From an uncultured Actinomycetes bacterium (GTDB lineage Bacteria > Actinomycetota > UBA4738 > HRBIN12): DNA of 64,000 bases. The position numbers were made by a program, and so were the translations under genes. Shown here in pieces: positions 50,525 through 60,136 of this stretch; positions within the stretch are counted from its first letter, which is position 1, and each line of letters opens with the position of its first letter. The notes under the pieces are model-generated. The model was not told where the DNA came from and did not search any database. It saw only the letters and a list, made by a program, of their open reading frames with translations. The stretch is taken from the NCBI GenBank assembly GCA_963722795.1, contig CAVROD010000001.1, forward strand, positions 642,976 through 706,975, given 5' to 3'.

Positions 50525-52807
50525 GTGGACCCACGAGCGTTCCTCGACCGGCTCGCCGCCGACCCCTCGACGGCCGCATCGCTCGTGCACGTGCGGGAAC
50601 TGCCGGCCCGCGCCCCCGTGGTCGAGCCGTTCCCCGAGGGCCTGCCCGACCTCCTGGTGTCGCGCCTCGGCCTCACGGGCGTGCACGGGCTGTACCCCCA
50701 TCAGTCCGAGGGTCTCGCGGCGCTTCGCGAGGGGCGCGACGTGGTGCTCGCCACCGGCACGGCGAGCGGCAAGACGCTCGTGTACAACGCGGCGTTCGCG
50801 GCGGCGGCGATCGACACGCCGAAGGCCACCGCGCTGTACCTGTTCCCGACGAAGGCGCTCGCCCGCGACCAGCTGCGGTCGGTGCGTGCGCTGAAGCTGC
50901 CCCAGGTGAAGGCGGCGGTCTACGACGGCGACACGCCGAAGGCCGAACGCCCATTGATCCGCACGAACGCGAACCTCGTGATGACGAACCCCGACATGCT
51001 GCACCTGTCGCTGCTCGCCGATCATGCGCGCTGGGCCGACTTCTTCTTCCGGCTATCCCTCGTGGTGGTCGACGAGGCGCACGTGTGCCGCGGGGTCTTC
51101 GGCTCGCACGTCTCGATGGTGCTGCGCCGGCTGCGCCGGCTCGTGGCGCACTACGGCGGGTCGCCGCGGTGGTGCTTGGCCACCGCGACCGTGGGCAACC
51201 CGGGCGAGCTCGCGACCCGGCTCACGGGTCTCGACGACGTGGTGGAAGTCACCGCCGATGCCTCACCCTCGGGCGAGAAGCTCTTCGCGCTGTGGAACCC
51301 GCCCCTCGTCGACGAGGAGGCCGGCGTGCGACGCAGCGCGCTCGCCGAGTCGGCCTGGCTCGTCGGCCGGCTCGCGAGCGAGGGCACGCGCACGATCGGC
51401 TTCACCCGGTCACGGCGAGCCGCCGAGCTGCTCGCGGAGTGGGCCCGGCGCGAGGTGGGCGACGCGCAGCTGCGGGAGCGCATCACGAGCTATCGCGCGG
51501 GCTACCTCGCCGAGGACCGGCGCCGCATCGAGCGTGCGCTCGCCGACGGCGAGCTGCTCGCGGTGGCCTCGACGAGCGCGCTCGAGCTCGGCATCGACAT
51601 CGGCTCACTCGACGCCGCGGTGCTCACCGGGTACCCCGGCACGCGGGCGGCGATGTGGCAGCAGGCCGGTCGTGCGGGCCGTCGCGACACCGACGCGCTC
51701 GCGGTGCTGGTGGCCCAGGACGACCCGCTCGACCAGTACCTCGTGCACCACCCCGAAGACCTGTTCGACAAGCCGCCCGAGGCCGCCGTGATCGACCCCG
51801 AGAACCCGTACGTGCGCGACCCCCATCTGCGATGCGCCGCGCGGGAGGTGCCGCTGCGCGATCACGAGCTGGGGTACTTCGGCAACCCGGCAGCGGTGCA
51901 GGAGGCGCTCGAGACGATGACGGAACGCGGCGACCTGGTGCGACGGCGCGAGGCGTGGCACGACCGTGGCAAGGACGCTCCGCACCGCGCCGTCGACGTG
52001 CGAGCCGGCGGCGGCCACGTGTACTCGATCGTGATCGAGGGCACCGGTGAGCTGCTCGGCACCGCCGACGAGCATCGCGCGTACGCCACCCTGCACCCGG
52101 GCGCGGTGTACCTGCACCTGGGTGAGCAGTTCCTCGTGCAGGAGCTCGACCTCGTCTCGCGCGTGGCGGTGGTGCGTCCCGCCGACCCCGACTTCTACAC
52201 GCAGGCCCGCGACGTGACCGACATCGCCGTCGCCGCGATCCTCGCGCGCTCGAGCATCGGCGACGTGCAGCAGTGCTTCGGGTCGGTGCGGGTCACCAAC
52301 CAGGTCGTGAGCTACGTGCGCCGGTCGGTCTCCACGAACGAGACGCTCGAGGAGTTCCCGCTGCCGCTCCCGCCGGTCGAGCTCGAGACCAGGGCGGTGT
52401 GGTGGACGATCCCCACCGCCGTGCTCGATCGCGCGGGCGTCGGGGCGCGCGACGTGCCGGGCGCGATCCACGCCGCCGAGCACGCTGCGATCGGGCTGCT
52501 GCCGCTCGTGGCGACCTGCGACCGATGGGACATCGGCGGCGTTTCGACGCCGATGCACCCCGACACCGGCCACACGACGATCTTCATCTACGACGCGTAC
52601 CCCGGCGGGGCCGGCATCGCCGAACGGGGCGCCGCGACGAGCGAACGATGGCTGCGCGCCACGCTCGAGGCGATCAGGCAGTGCCCCTGCTCGCACGGAT
52701 GCCCGAGCTGCGTGCACAGCCCGAAGTGCGGCAACGGCAACGAGCCGCTCGACAAGCAGGGCGCCGTGGCCCTGCTCGCTGCCTTCCTCGGGCAGCGCTG
52801 GGGCTAG
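50525..52807 (+). CDS. DEAD/DEAH-box helicase with C-terminal DUF1998 zinc module (MrfA / Rv3649-like)
   Basis: Walker A ATGTASGKT, DEAH box LVVVDEAHVCRG, motif VI-like WQQAGRAGRR. The C-terminus is CPCSHGCPSCVHSPKCGNGNEPLDK. Confidence 0.85.
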   Translation: MDPRAFLDRLAADPSTAASLVHVRELPARAPVVEPFPEGLPDLLVSRLGLTGVHGLYPHQSEGLAALREGRDVVLATGTASGKTLVYNAAFAAAAIDTPKATALYLFPTKALARDQLRSVRALKLPQVKAAVYDGDTPKAERPLIRTNANLVMTNPDMLHLSLLADHARWADFFFRLSLVVVDEAHVCRGVFGSHVSMVLRRLRRLVAHYGGSPRWCLATATVGNPGELATRLTGLDDVVEVTADASPSGEKLFALWNPPLVDEEAGVRRSALAESAWLVGRLASEGTRTIGFTRSRRAAELLAEWARREVGDAQLRERITSYRAGYLAEDRRRIERALADGELLAVASTSALELGIDIGSLDAAVLTGYPGTRAAMWQQAGRAGRRDTDALAVLVAQDDPLDQYLVHHPEDLFDKPPEAAVIDPENPYVRDPHLRCAAREVPLRDHELGYFGNPAAVQEALETMTERGDLVRRREAWHDRGKDAPHRAVDVRAGGGHVYSIVIEGTGELLGTADEHRAYATLHPGAVYLHLGEQFLVQELDLVSRVAVVRPADPDFYTQARDVTDIAVAAILARSSIGDVQQCFGSVRVTNQVVSYVRRSVSTNETLEEFPLPLPPVELETRAVWWTIPTAVLDRAGVGARDVPGAIHAAEHAAIGLLPLVATCDRWDIGGVSTPMHPDTGHTTIFIYDAYPGGAGIAERGAATSERWLRATLEAIRQCPCSHGCPSCVHSPKCGNGNEPLDKQGAVALLAAFLGQRWG

Positions 52808-52931
52808 GCGGCGGCCCTCGTCGCCGACGTGCGCGCTCCACCATCGCCGTGGAACCGCGCGACGCCCACGGGCCAACCCCGGATCCGCGGGTCCTCCGGA
52901 TGCAGCTGGCGCGGTAGCCTCGACGCAGCCC

Positions 52932-54326
52932 GTGTATCCACACAGACTCACCCGCCGTCAGTTCATGAGCCGATCCGCCGCCGCAGCGGCAGGGTTCTTC
53001 GTGACGTCGTGCGTCGGCGAGCGGCTGTCGACGAGCCCGGAGCCCCGACCGACGTTCACGAGCACGCCACCGGAGAAGCTCGCCACGCGCTGGCCGGTCG
53101 ATCGCGTCGTGTACCTGATGCTCGAGAACCGCAGCTTCGACAACATCTTCGGTCGTTACCCCGGGGCCGAAGGCGCGCGCAGCGGCATGCGGTGGGGCGA
53201 GGAGGTCCGGCTGCGACGATGCCCCGAATGGCTCCCCGGCGACCTGCCCCACGACACGGCCTCGTGGCACGCGATGCACAACGGCGGGAAGATGGACGGG
53301 TTCGCGATCGGGGAGTATGGCCCGTACTTCGCGTACTCCCAGTTCGACCGACCCGATGTGCCGACGTACTTCCAGTGGGCCGACGAGTTCGTGCTCTGCG
53401 ACAACTTCTTCGCCTCGGTAGCCGGCCCGTCCTACCCCAACCACCTGTTCATGATCGCCGGACAGGCCGGAGGAGCGGTCAACAACCCCGAGAACATCAA
53501 GGTCAAGCAGCTGAACGACGGCCGCGCCTTCAAGAGCTGGGGATGCGACGCGTACGGCGACGACGTCTTCGTCTACGTCGAGGACGAGCAGGGCAACCTG
53601 GCCCGACACCCCACGTGCTTCGACATGAAGACCGTCGGCCACCAGCTCTCGAAGCGCGACATCGACTGGGCCTACTACTCATCCGACCCCCACCAGGCGG
53701 GCTACATCTGGCAGGCGTACTCGTCGATCGAGGACATCTTCCACGACGACGAGCTGTGGGAGCGACACATCTGGCCGGTCGACGACATCATGCGCGACAT
53801 CGAGGCCGAAGCGTTGCCGCCGGTCACGTGGATCACGCCGAGGTTCCAGCTCTCGGATCACCCCCCGTTCAGCACGCGACATGCGCACAACTGGGTCACC
53901 GACATCGTGAACGGCATCATGCGCTCGTCGATGTGGGAGTCGATCGCGATCTTCATCACCTGGGACGAGTGGGGCGGGTTGTACGACCACGTGGCGCCCC
54001 CGACGATCGACGACGTGGAGCTCGGGTTCCGGGTGCCCATGATGGTGGTCTCGCCGTACGCCAAGCGCGGCTACATCGACGACGCCTTCGCGGAGTTCTC
54101 CTCGCCGCTACGGTTCATCGCCGACAACTGGGACCTGCCCTCGCTGACCCCGCGCATCGCGAACTCGCACAACTACCGGCACGTGTTCGACTTCGATCGC
54201 AAGCCGCGGCCGCCCTCGCTCGGCCGCCACGTGCGAGCCACGCACGACTTCTGGGACTGGCCGCAGACGTTCCCCGGCTGGCCGGAGTCGCTCGACCCGG
54301 AGGATCCGAAGATCCGCTACCCCTGA
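52932..54326 (+). CDS. Tat-secreted phosphoesterase-family protein (phospholipase C / acid phosphatase AcpA family)
   Basis: GTG start. The twin-arginine leader is LTRRQFMSRSAAAAAGFFVTSC. The phosphoesterase signature is VVYLMLENRSFDNIFG, followed by PSYPNHLFMIAG and ITWDEWGGLYDHV. Confidence 0.8.
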   Translation: MYPHRLTRRQFMSRSAAAAAGFFVTSCVGERLSTSPEPRPTFTSTPPEKLATRWPVDRVVYLMLENRSFDNIFGRYPGAEGARSGMRWGEEVRLRRCPEWLPGDLPHDTASWHAMHNGGKMDGFAIGEYGPYFAYSQFDRPDVPTYFQWADEFVLCDNFFASVAGPSYPNHLFMIAGQAGGAVNNPENIKVKQLNDGRAFKSWGCDAYGDDVFVYVEDEQGNLARHPTCFDMKTVGHQLSKRDIDWAYYSSDPHQAGYIWQAYSSIEDIFHDDELWERHIWPVDDIMRDIEAEALPPVTWITPRFQLSDHPPFSTRHAHNWVTDIVNGIMRSSMWESIAIFITWDEWGGLYDHVAPPTIDDVELGFRVPMMVVSPYAKRGYIDDAFAEFSSPLRFIADNWDLPSLTPRIANSHNYRHVFDFDRKPRPPSLGRHVRATHDFWDWPQTFPGWPESLDPEDPKIRYP

Positions 54327-56029
54327 TCGGCAGCCAGGTCCTTGCTGCCGTGGTCGGGCAGCTTGCCCTGCAGGCACGGCAGGTCCTCGACCATCTCCGA
54401 GGGGAACGCCGCGATGAACGCGCGTTCCGCAGCGACGCCGGGCTGCGCGGGGTACTGGTTGCCCTGCAGCTCGCCCTTCGTCACGGTCAGCAGGTACGAA
54501 GAGATCTCCTCGAGCGTCGTGCCGTTCTGCTGCATCTCGTCGTGGTCGATGAAGATGTGCGTGGGCTGCGTGAACTCGACGATGCGCACGTCGTCGCCGT
54601 CGGTGTCGAACCGCTCCTGGATGACGCCTGCGACCTTCGTCGGCTCGAGCGCCTGCGCGCCGCTCACCGCCGGGTCGGGGGTGTGGCCGTGGTCGGCGGT
54701 GAGCATCATCACCCATTCCCCCTCGCCGACGCGCTCGTTCAACAGGTCGATCAGGCGCAGCAGATCGGCGTCCTGCGCCTGCACCGCGTCGCGCATCTCG
54801 ACGGCGTTCATGGAATAGAGGTGCCCGATCTCGTCGACCAGCTTGTAGTTGATGGAGAGCAGGTCGGGCACGTCGTCGGCGCCGAAGCCCTCGCGCCGGA
54901 CGACCTCGTCGATCAGGCGCGTCTGCCATGGGATGCGGGCCGGGGTCTTCAGCGCCTCCTCGGCGCGGGCACCGTCGAGCGCCAGCTCGTGCCACTGCCC
55001 GTCGTCGCGACCGTCCTGCAGGTCGATCTCGTCGAAGTAGTCGGTGATCGGGGGCAGGTCGTTCACGTAGGGCAACATGCGGTAGTAGGGCGCGACGTTG
55101 CTGGTGAGGTTCCACGAGAGGCCTTCGGCGCCGAGCGTCGCGGCGCCCTCACGTTCGCGCAGCACGGCGATGTCCTGGTCGCCGCCACCCCAGAGCGAGC
55201 CGTGGCTCATCATGCCGAGGTGGATCGCCACGGTCGCGAGGGTGCCGACGAGCGGGCGGTTGCCCATGGCGCGGTCGTACAGATCGGCGAAGGTGGGCGC
55301 GACGAGGTAGCGCGGGCCGGCTTCCCATGGGTCGGTGAGGCGGTCGCCGATGTGCAGCTGGTGGGCCACGAGGCCGTGGGTGCGCGAGAACGCCCCCGTG
55401 CCGATCGTGGCGTGGATCTGCGCCGTGCTCGGCGGGGAGGACCCCACCTCGGCTTCCTCGTACCACGTGCCCTCGTCGATCAGGCCTTGCAGGTTCGGCC
55501 AGGCCTTCGGCCACGCGTCGAGCACGAACCGGCCGGCGCCGTCCCACACGACCACGACCACCAGCTTCGGCGGGTCGGCGCCGGGCACGAGCGACTCCGT
55601 GAGCGGTGCCCCGTCGGGTGCGTCGAAGGGGAAGCCGACGAGCGCGCCCTGGGTGGGCGCGATGTCGGCGAGGGTCACGACCCGATCGACCTCACCGCGG
55701 GCCTGGATGTGACCGGGCCCGTAGAGCCACAAGGGCACCTGGGCCACGTAGTCCCACGGTCCCGAGTGCGGCAGTCCACCGGTGCCCACGAAGTCGGGCT
55801 CCTGCGGGATGATGTCGATGTCGCCGCCGCGATCGACGCGATGACCGCGCCATCCGCGCACGAGCAGCTTCGTGGGCACGTCGCACGCCGCCGCCTCGAG
55901 CTCGGCGCGCAGCGCCTGTGTCTGCGCGAGGCCCGCCGCGACCGGCGCACCCGTGACCGTGCCCGCCCCGAGCGCCATGACCGCCGTCAGCACGACGACC
56001 GCCGCGACGAGGGCACGACGGTGCCTCAC
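54317..56029 (-). CDS. alkaline-phosphatase-superfamily enzyme (type I phosphodiesterase/nucleotide pyrophosphatase-like)
   Basis: GTG 56029 overlaps the upstream stop (GTGA). There is a signal/TM segment VAAVVVLTAVMALGA. Core motifs are VVVVVWDGAGRF, PPSTAQIHATIGTGAFSRTHG and MMLTADHGH. Confidence 0.75.
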   Translation of the reverse strand: MRHRRALVAAVVVLTAVMALGAGTVTGAPVAAGLAQTQALRAELEAAACDVPTKLLVRGWRGHRVDRGGDIDIIPQEPDFVGTGGLPHSGPWDYVAQVPLWLYGPGHIQARGEVDRVVTLADIAPTQGALVGFPFDAPDGAPLTESLVPGADPPKLVVVVVWDGAGRFVLDAWPKAWPNLQGLIDEGTWYEEAEVGSSPPSTAQIHATIGTGAFSRTHGLVAHQLHIGDRLTDPWEAGPRYLVAPTFADLYDRAMGNRPLVGTLATVAIHLGMMSHGSLWGGGDQDIAVLREREGAATLGAEGLSWNLTSNVAPYYRMLPYVNDLPPITDYFDEIDLQDGRDDGQWHELALDGARAEEALKTPARIPWQTRLIDEVVRREGFGADDVPDLLSINYKLVDEIGHLYSMNAVEMRDAVQAQDADLLRLIDLLNERVGEGEWVMMLTADHGHTPDPAVSGAQALEPTKVAGVIQERFDTDGDDVRIVEFTQPTHIFIDHDEMQQNGTTLEEISSYLLTVTKGELQGNQYPAQPGVAAERAFIAAFPSEMVEDLPCLQGKLPDHGSKDLAADQG

Positions 56030-56493
56030 GACGCGCCCCCCGGCTGCGGGGGCACGAACGCCCCGTAGTCCTCGCCGCCGAACAGCATCACGACGAGGCC
56101 GATGTGCTTGGCCTCGGGCACGGGCGGGCGCTCGACCTGCCACTCGCTCTCGCCCTCGGGCACCTCGGCGGCGTCGAGCACGGGCCAGTCGACGCGCGAG
56201 CCGTCGCGCGCGTCGAGCACGTAGACACCCGCGCGCGGCAGCGCCGCCCCGGTGTCGTTGGTGACCGTGAGCACCGCCCCCTCGCCCTCGATCGCGATGC
56301 GAGCCTCGATGCCGGCCGCGTCGGTGAAGACATAGGAGTCGGCGCTCGTCACCGGCGGCGGCGAGGTCGTCGGGGACTCCTCGGGCGCGGGCTCCTCCTC
56401 ACCGGTGCACGCGGCGAGCGCGACCATCAGGAGCCCGGCGACGAACAAGGCGTAGACGAGCGTGTGGGAACGGGAGCGGGAGCGCAGACCCAT
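56026..56493 (-). CDS. lipoprotein, hypothetical
   Basis: ATG 56493 lies within ORF 56026..57204. The lipobox is LMVALAAC, followed by a Pro/Glu-rich linker and a roughly 100-aa beta-rich domain. It is coupled to the downstream phosphatase-family gene. Confidence 0.6.
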   Translation of the reverse strand: MGLRSRSRSHTLVYALFVAGLLMVALAACTGEEEPAPEESPTTSPPPVTSADSYVFTDAAGIEARIAIEGEGAVLTVTNDTGAALPRAGVYVLDARDGSRVDWPVLDAAEVPEGESEWQVERPPVPEAKHIGLVVMLFGGEDYGAFVPPQPGGAS

Positions 56494-56568
56494 CGAGCGC
56501 CGGAGTCTAGCAGTGGGCCTTCCGCGGCCATGGCTCGGGCATGTGACGGTCCTGCGATACTCCGGGAC

Positions 56569-57045
56569 ATGGCCCCGCACGACGCCACCTACGTCGCCGT
56601 GATCGGCGCGAGCGACGCCACCGAGTGGGAGCTCGCGATGGCCGAGGACGTCGGCCGGCGCCTCGCTCGCGCGGGCGCCGTGCTCGTGTGCGGCGGCCTG
56701 GGGGGCGTGATGAACGCGGCGGCGGCCGGGGCCGCGTCCGAGGGCGGCACCTCGGTGGGCATCCTGCCGGGCGAGGACCGAACCGGCGCGAGCCACCATC
56801 TGACGGTCGCGGTCACCACCGGCTTCGGTGAGGGGCGCAACGTGCTCGTCGCGCGCAGCGCCGACGCCGTGATCGCCGTGGGCGGCGAGTTCGGCACCCT
56901 GAGCGAGGTCGCGCTCGCCCTGAAGATGGGCAAGCGCGTCATCGGTCTCGGCACATGGGACCTGCGCCGCGACGACATGGACGCCGACCCGCTCGTGCGC
57001 GCCGACTCCGCCGAAGAAGCCGTGCGGTCGGCCCTCGGTCGCTGA
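56569..57045 (+). CDS. LOG/TIGR00725-like Rossmann protein
   Basis: ATG 56569 lies within ORF 56104..57045. Motifs: YVAVIGASD, VLVCGGLGGVMNAAAAGA and VIAVGGEFGTLSEVALAL. Confidence 0.7.
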   Translation: MAPHDATYVAVIGASDATEWELAMAEDVGRRLARAGAVLVCGGLGGVMNAAAAGAASEGGTSVGILPGEDRTGASHHLTVAVTTGFGEGRNVLVARSADAVIAVGGEFGTLSEVALALKMGKRVIGLGTWDLRRDDMDADPLVRADSAEEAVRSALGR

Positions 57046-57308
57046 TGGCGCGCCGGGGCATCGCCATTGCGTCCTAGCCGTTCTGCGGTATCGCCCTTCC
57101 AGGCCGGGGCGGGTAGCGTGCGCGTCCGTACCTGCAGTGGTCAACCGGAGCGCTCGTCCACCCTGTCGCGGCCGCCTACACGCGCTTCGTGGGCTCGAGA
57201 GCACGGATGACCGCGGGGCTCGACGGCGGCGGATCTACCCCCCGCCTGGTGTCGAACCGAGGAGGGCTCACGCTCATCGCGGTCGGCACGTCGTCGAGCT
57301 CCAACCGT

Positions 57309-57347
57309 CCCGGTCGTGGGTCGTCGGGGGGACCACCCACGACCGGG
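57309..57347 (-). terminator. 13-bp perfect hairpin about 30 nt after the flippase stop (candidate intrinsic terminator without U-tract)
   Basis: CCCGGTCGTGGGT (57309-57321) pairs perfectly with ACCCACGACCGGG (57335-57347). The 13-nt loop reads GGUCCCCCCGACG on the minus strand. Confidence 0.45.
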
Positions 57348-57376
57348 AACCCACTTCCGCGCCCGCATCGTCGTGG

Positions 57377-59028
57377 TCAGGTGCGCGCGCGACCCCGTGA
57401 GACCACCGTGCCGGCCATCCGCAGCGCCGTCGCACGTTCGTTCGGCTTCAGACCGATCGCGAGCAGCGCGATCACGTAGGCACCCGTGCCCGCCGCGGCC
57501 GACACAAGCAGGTTCACGAGCCACTTCGTCTCGGGCAACACCACATGCGCGGCCGCCATCGCGAGGCCACCCACGACGGTGGGCACGACGAGGCGCAGGT
57601 ACGCCCCGTCGAACGGCCAGATGCCCAGGAAGCGCCGAACCAGGAACAGCCGTGCGAGCGCACTGAAGGTGAGCGTGACGGCCTGGGCGATCGCCGCCCC
57701 GCGGATGCCGAGCACGTCGGGCCGCGCCAGCGCGAGGGCGAGCCCCACGTCGATCGTGAACCCGGCGACGTAGACGAGCAGGTCCCACCCGGTGCGTCCG
57801 GCCATGATGAGGATGAACCCGACCGTGCCGACCATGACCGGCACGATCATGCCGATGATGAGGATGCGCAGGGCCGCCTCGCCCTCGACGAACTCGGCGC
57901 CGAAGACGCGCAGCACGAGCCCGGGCATGATCGCGAGCACGAGCAGCACCGGGATCGTGGCGGCGAGCGTCCACCTGGTCACCTGCTTGTAGAGCTCGTC
58001 GAGCTTCGTGGTCTCGCCCCGGTGATGCAAGTCGGCCACGAACGGACTGAACGTGAGCGAGACACTCGTGAGGAACAGGAACAGCGCCTGCCCGGCGCGC
58101 AGCACCGCGCTGTACACGCCGACCTGGCCCTCGGCCGCGGCGCCCTCGCCGCTCGAGAGCAGTGACAGCACGAACAGGTCGGTCCAGAAGATGAGCTGGG
58201 AGAAGAGGGTGCCGGGCGCGCGCAAGGCGCCGAAGCGCAGCAGCGCCCCGGTGTGCTCCTCGGGGATGCCCGTCGCCGGTGAGCTCGTGCGGGAAGCGCC
58301 GCTGCTCCTTCTGCCACCCGTAGACCGCGATCGCGAGGGCCAGGGCCCACGAGGCGCCGAACGCCCAGCCGGCCGCACCCGCGGTGGCGGCCCAGACCGC
58401 CCAGAACCCGAGCGTGAAGACGATCCAGCCGATCGGTTGCGCGGTCCACTGCGAGTACAGCGTGTAGCGCATGATCTTCAGCCCGCGCGTCGCGCCCATG
58501 TACGTGAAGGCCAGCGCCGCGAACGGCACGGTCACGGCCGCTGCGTGGAATGCGGGCACCGCGGCGTCGTTGCCGCTGAAGAACGTGTCGGCGAGCCACG
58601 GGGCGAGGAAGTAGGCGAGCACGGCGAACGGCACCGACACCGCCGCGGCGATCGCGCCGGCGCGCCGCACCAGGGCGCGACTGCGGGCGGCTTCCCCACG
58701 GCCGACCAGGATGGCCACAAGGCGCACGTTCGCGACGTCCATGCCGAAGCGGGTGGCCGCCGCCGCGATGAATGCGAACTGGGTCGTGAGCGTGACGACG
58801 CCGTAGGCGCGGTCGCCGAGGCGCTGGGTCATGATCACCTGCGCGGCGAAGGTGGCGACGCGCGCCGATCGCGAGCCCGAGCACGTTCTGGCCGGTGTTG
58901 CCGAGGATCACCCGTTGGTCGGACCCGCCCGGGCCGACGCCGCCGGGACCCGTGCCGCCCGGCCCCGTGCCGTCGGGTTCGGCCGCTTCCGTGACCTCGA
59001 CGGCTTCCTCGACGACCTCGGGATCCAT
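57377..59028 (-). CDS. polysaccharide/oligosaccharide flippase (Wzx/MurJ-like MOP family; 2 frameshifts in this assembly)
   Basis: About 14 TM helices are spread over ORFs 57979..59133 (start MDPEVVEE at 59028), 57141..58838 and 57377..58378. The shifts are near 58855 and 58265. The family call rests on overall TM pattern and segments such as RLGDRAYGVVTLTTQF and AVLRAGQALFLFLTSVSLTFSP. Confidence 0.65.
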
Positions 59029-59092
59029 GACCGGCCAAGTATCGCGGACCCCGGGTCCACTGACCGTCAGGAACCTGTGACGACCTCGTTCC

Positions 59093-59147
59093 TTGACATG
59101 CGATCTTCTGGTTGCGTAGCGTGTGACGCGCAACCAGATGGTTGCGT
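59093..59147 (+). promoter_or_regulatory. candidate sigma-A-type promoter with overlapping operator repeats upstream of the SRPBCC-ArsR operon
   Basis: TTGACA (59093-98), an 18-nt spacer, then TAGCGT (59117-22). The inverted repeat GGTTGCG (59110-16) / CGCAACC (59129-35) is accompanied by a third direct copy, GGTTGCGT (59140-47). Confidence 0.45.
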
Positions 59148-59180
59148 TACTACTCGGTCGACCGAAGGAAGGAGCGCGGC

Positions 59181-59606
59181 GTGGCGGTGCCCGATCGGAT
59201 CCGCAGGGAGCTCACCCTGCAGGCCCCTCGCGACCGGGTCTGGCGTGCGCTGACCGACCCGGCCGAGCTGGTGCGCTGGTTCCCCACCCAGAGCGCCGAG
59301 CTGGACCTGCGCCCGGGCGGCGCGTTGCGCCTGTCGTGGGAGCACGACGGTGACGAGGGTTTCGTGGACGAGGTCGAGCCGGGCACGCGGCTGGTGTTCC
59401 GATGGCGTCCGCGGGGCTCGCGGCGACCGCACACGCGGGTCACCGTCACGCTCGACGATGCGCCGGGCGGCGCCACCACGCTCGTGCTGGTCGAGGACGG
59501 CTTCGCCGCGCTCGCGGCCGACGTGCGAGAGCAGGCCATCGCCGGCAACACGCAGGGCTGGAGCGAGGAGCTCGAAGAGCTCAGGGCGATGGTGGAAGCC
59601 GCATGA
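59181..59606 (+). CDS. SRPBCC / AHSA1-domain protein
   Basis: GTG 59181 follows GGAAGGAG; the ORF track starts at TTG 59142. Motifs: ELTLQAPRDRVWRALTDPAELVRWFP and VFRWRP ... TLVLVEDGF. Confidence 0.75.
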   Translation: MAVPDRIRRELTLQAPRDRVWRALTDPAELVRWFPTQSAELDLRPGGALRLSWEHDGDEGFVDEVEPGTRLVFRWRPRGSRRPHTRVTVTLDDAPGGATTLVLVEDGFAALAADVREQAIAGNTQGWSEELEELRAMVEAA

Positions 59607-59622
59607 CGCGAGCGACCGGCTG

Positions 59623-59973
59623 ATGGCCTCGGGCATCGACCCCACGACCGACGCAGGCCTCGATCGGGCGGGGCGCGTCTTCGCGGCGCTCGCCGACCCC
59701 ACCCGGCGCGACATCGTGCGCGAGCTCTCGATCGACGGACCGCTCACGGCGACCGACCTCGCCACCCGGGTGGGCATCTCCCGCCAGGCCGCTGCCAAGC
59801 ACTTGGCCGGGCTCGCCCTCACCGGGCTCGCCGTGGGCGAGCGGTCGGGCCGCGAGCATCGGTTCTCGCTGCGCACCGCGCCGTTCGCCGAGGCGGAAGC
59901 CTGGATGCGCGCGATCGGCGCCACGTGGGATCAGCGGTTGCAGGCGTTCCGCGAGCTCGTCGAGGGAGTCTGA
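59623..59973 (+). CDS. ArsR/SmtB-family transcriptional regulator
   Basis: ATG 59623 lies within ORF 59350..59973. The HTH region is FAALADPTRRDIVRELSIDGPLTATDLATRVGISRQAAAKHLAGL. Confidence 0.8.
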   Translation: MASGIDPTTDAGLDRAGRVFAALADPTRRDIVRELSIDGPLTATDLATRVGISRQAAAKHLAGLALTGLAVGERSGREHRFSLRTAPFAEAEAWMRAIGATWDQRLQAFRELVEGV

Positions 59974-60136
59974 GGCCGAGGTTTCGACTGCGAAGGCCCA
60001 TGCCGCCATGCGAGGGGCCCGGACGCGGACATGAGCCCATGGTGCGGTCGCGGGACCCGTCTCGCGTTCGGTCGCGCAGCGCGACCGCTCCTCATGCGAC
60101 GATGCTACGCTGCGCCGTCGTGGCTCCCGACGAGGG

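Noticed and set aside
52932-52965. PHO-box-like direct repeats (ATCCACACAGA / CTCACCCGCCG) near the phosphoesterase gene.
   Set aside because: They lie inside the coding region for the Tat signal peptide (VYPHRLTRRQFM). Only one unit approaches the GTTCACC-type consensus.
50525-54326. Possible defence island (DISARM-like), because a DUF1998-containing helicase sits next to a phospholipase-type gene.
   Set aside because: The helicase is the conserved single-polypeptide MrfA/Rv3649-type enzyme found near topA in actinobacteria. The neighbouring enzyme is a Tat-secreted phosphoesterase (PLC/AcpA family), not a PLD nuclease. No methyltransferase, separate DUF1998 gene or other defence components are present.
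57240-57290. tRNA- or tmRNA-like T-arm (GGTGTCGAACCGAGG; GGTTCGACACC on the other strand).
   Set aside because: No flanking 5-bp T-stem, acceptor stem or anticodon arm can be drawn on either strand. It is an isolated GTTCGA-like string.
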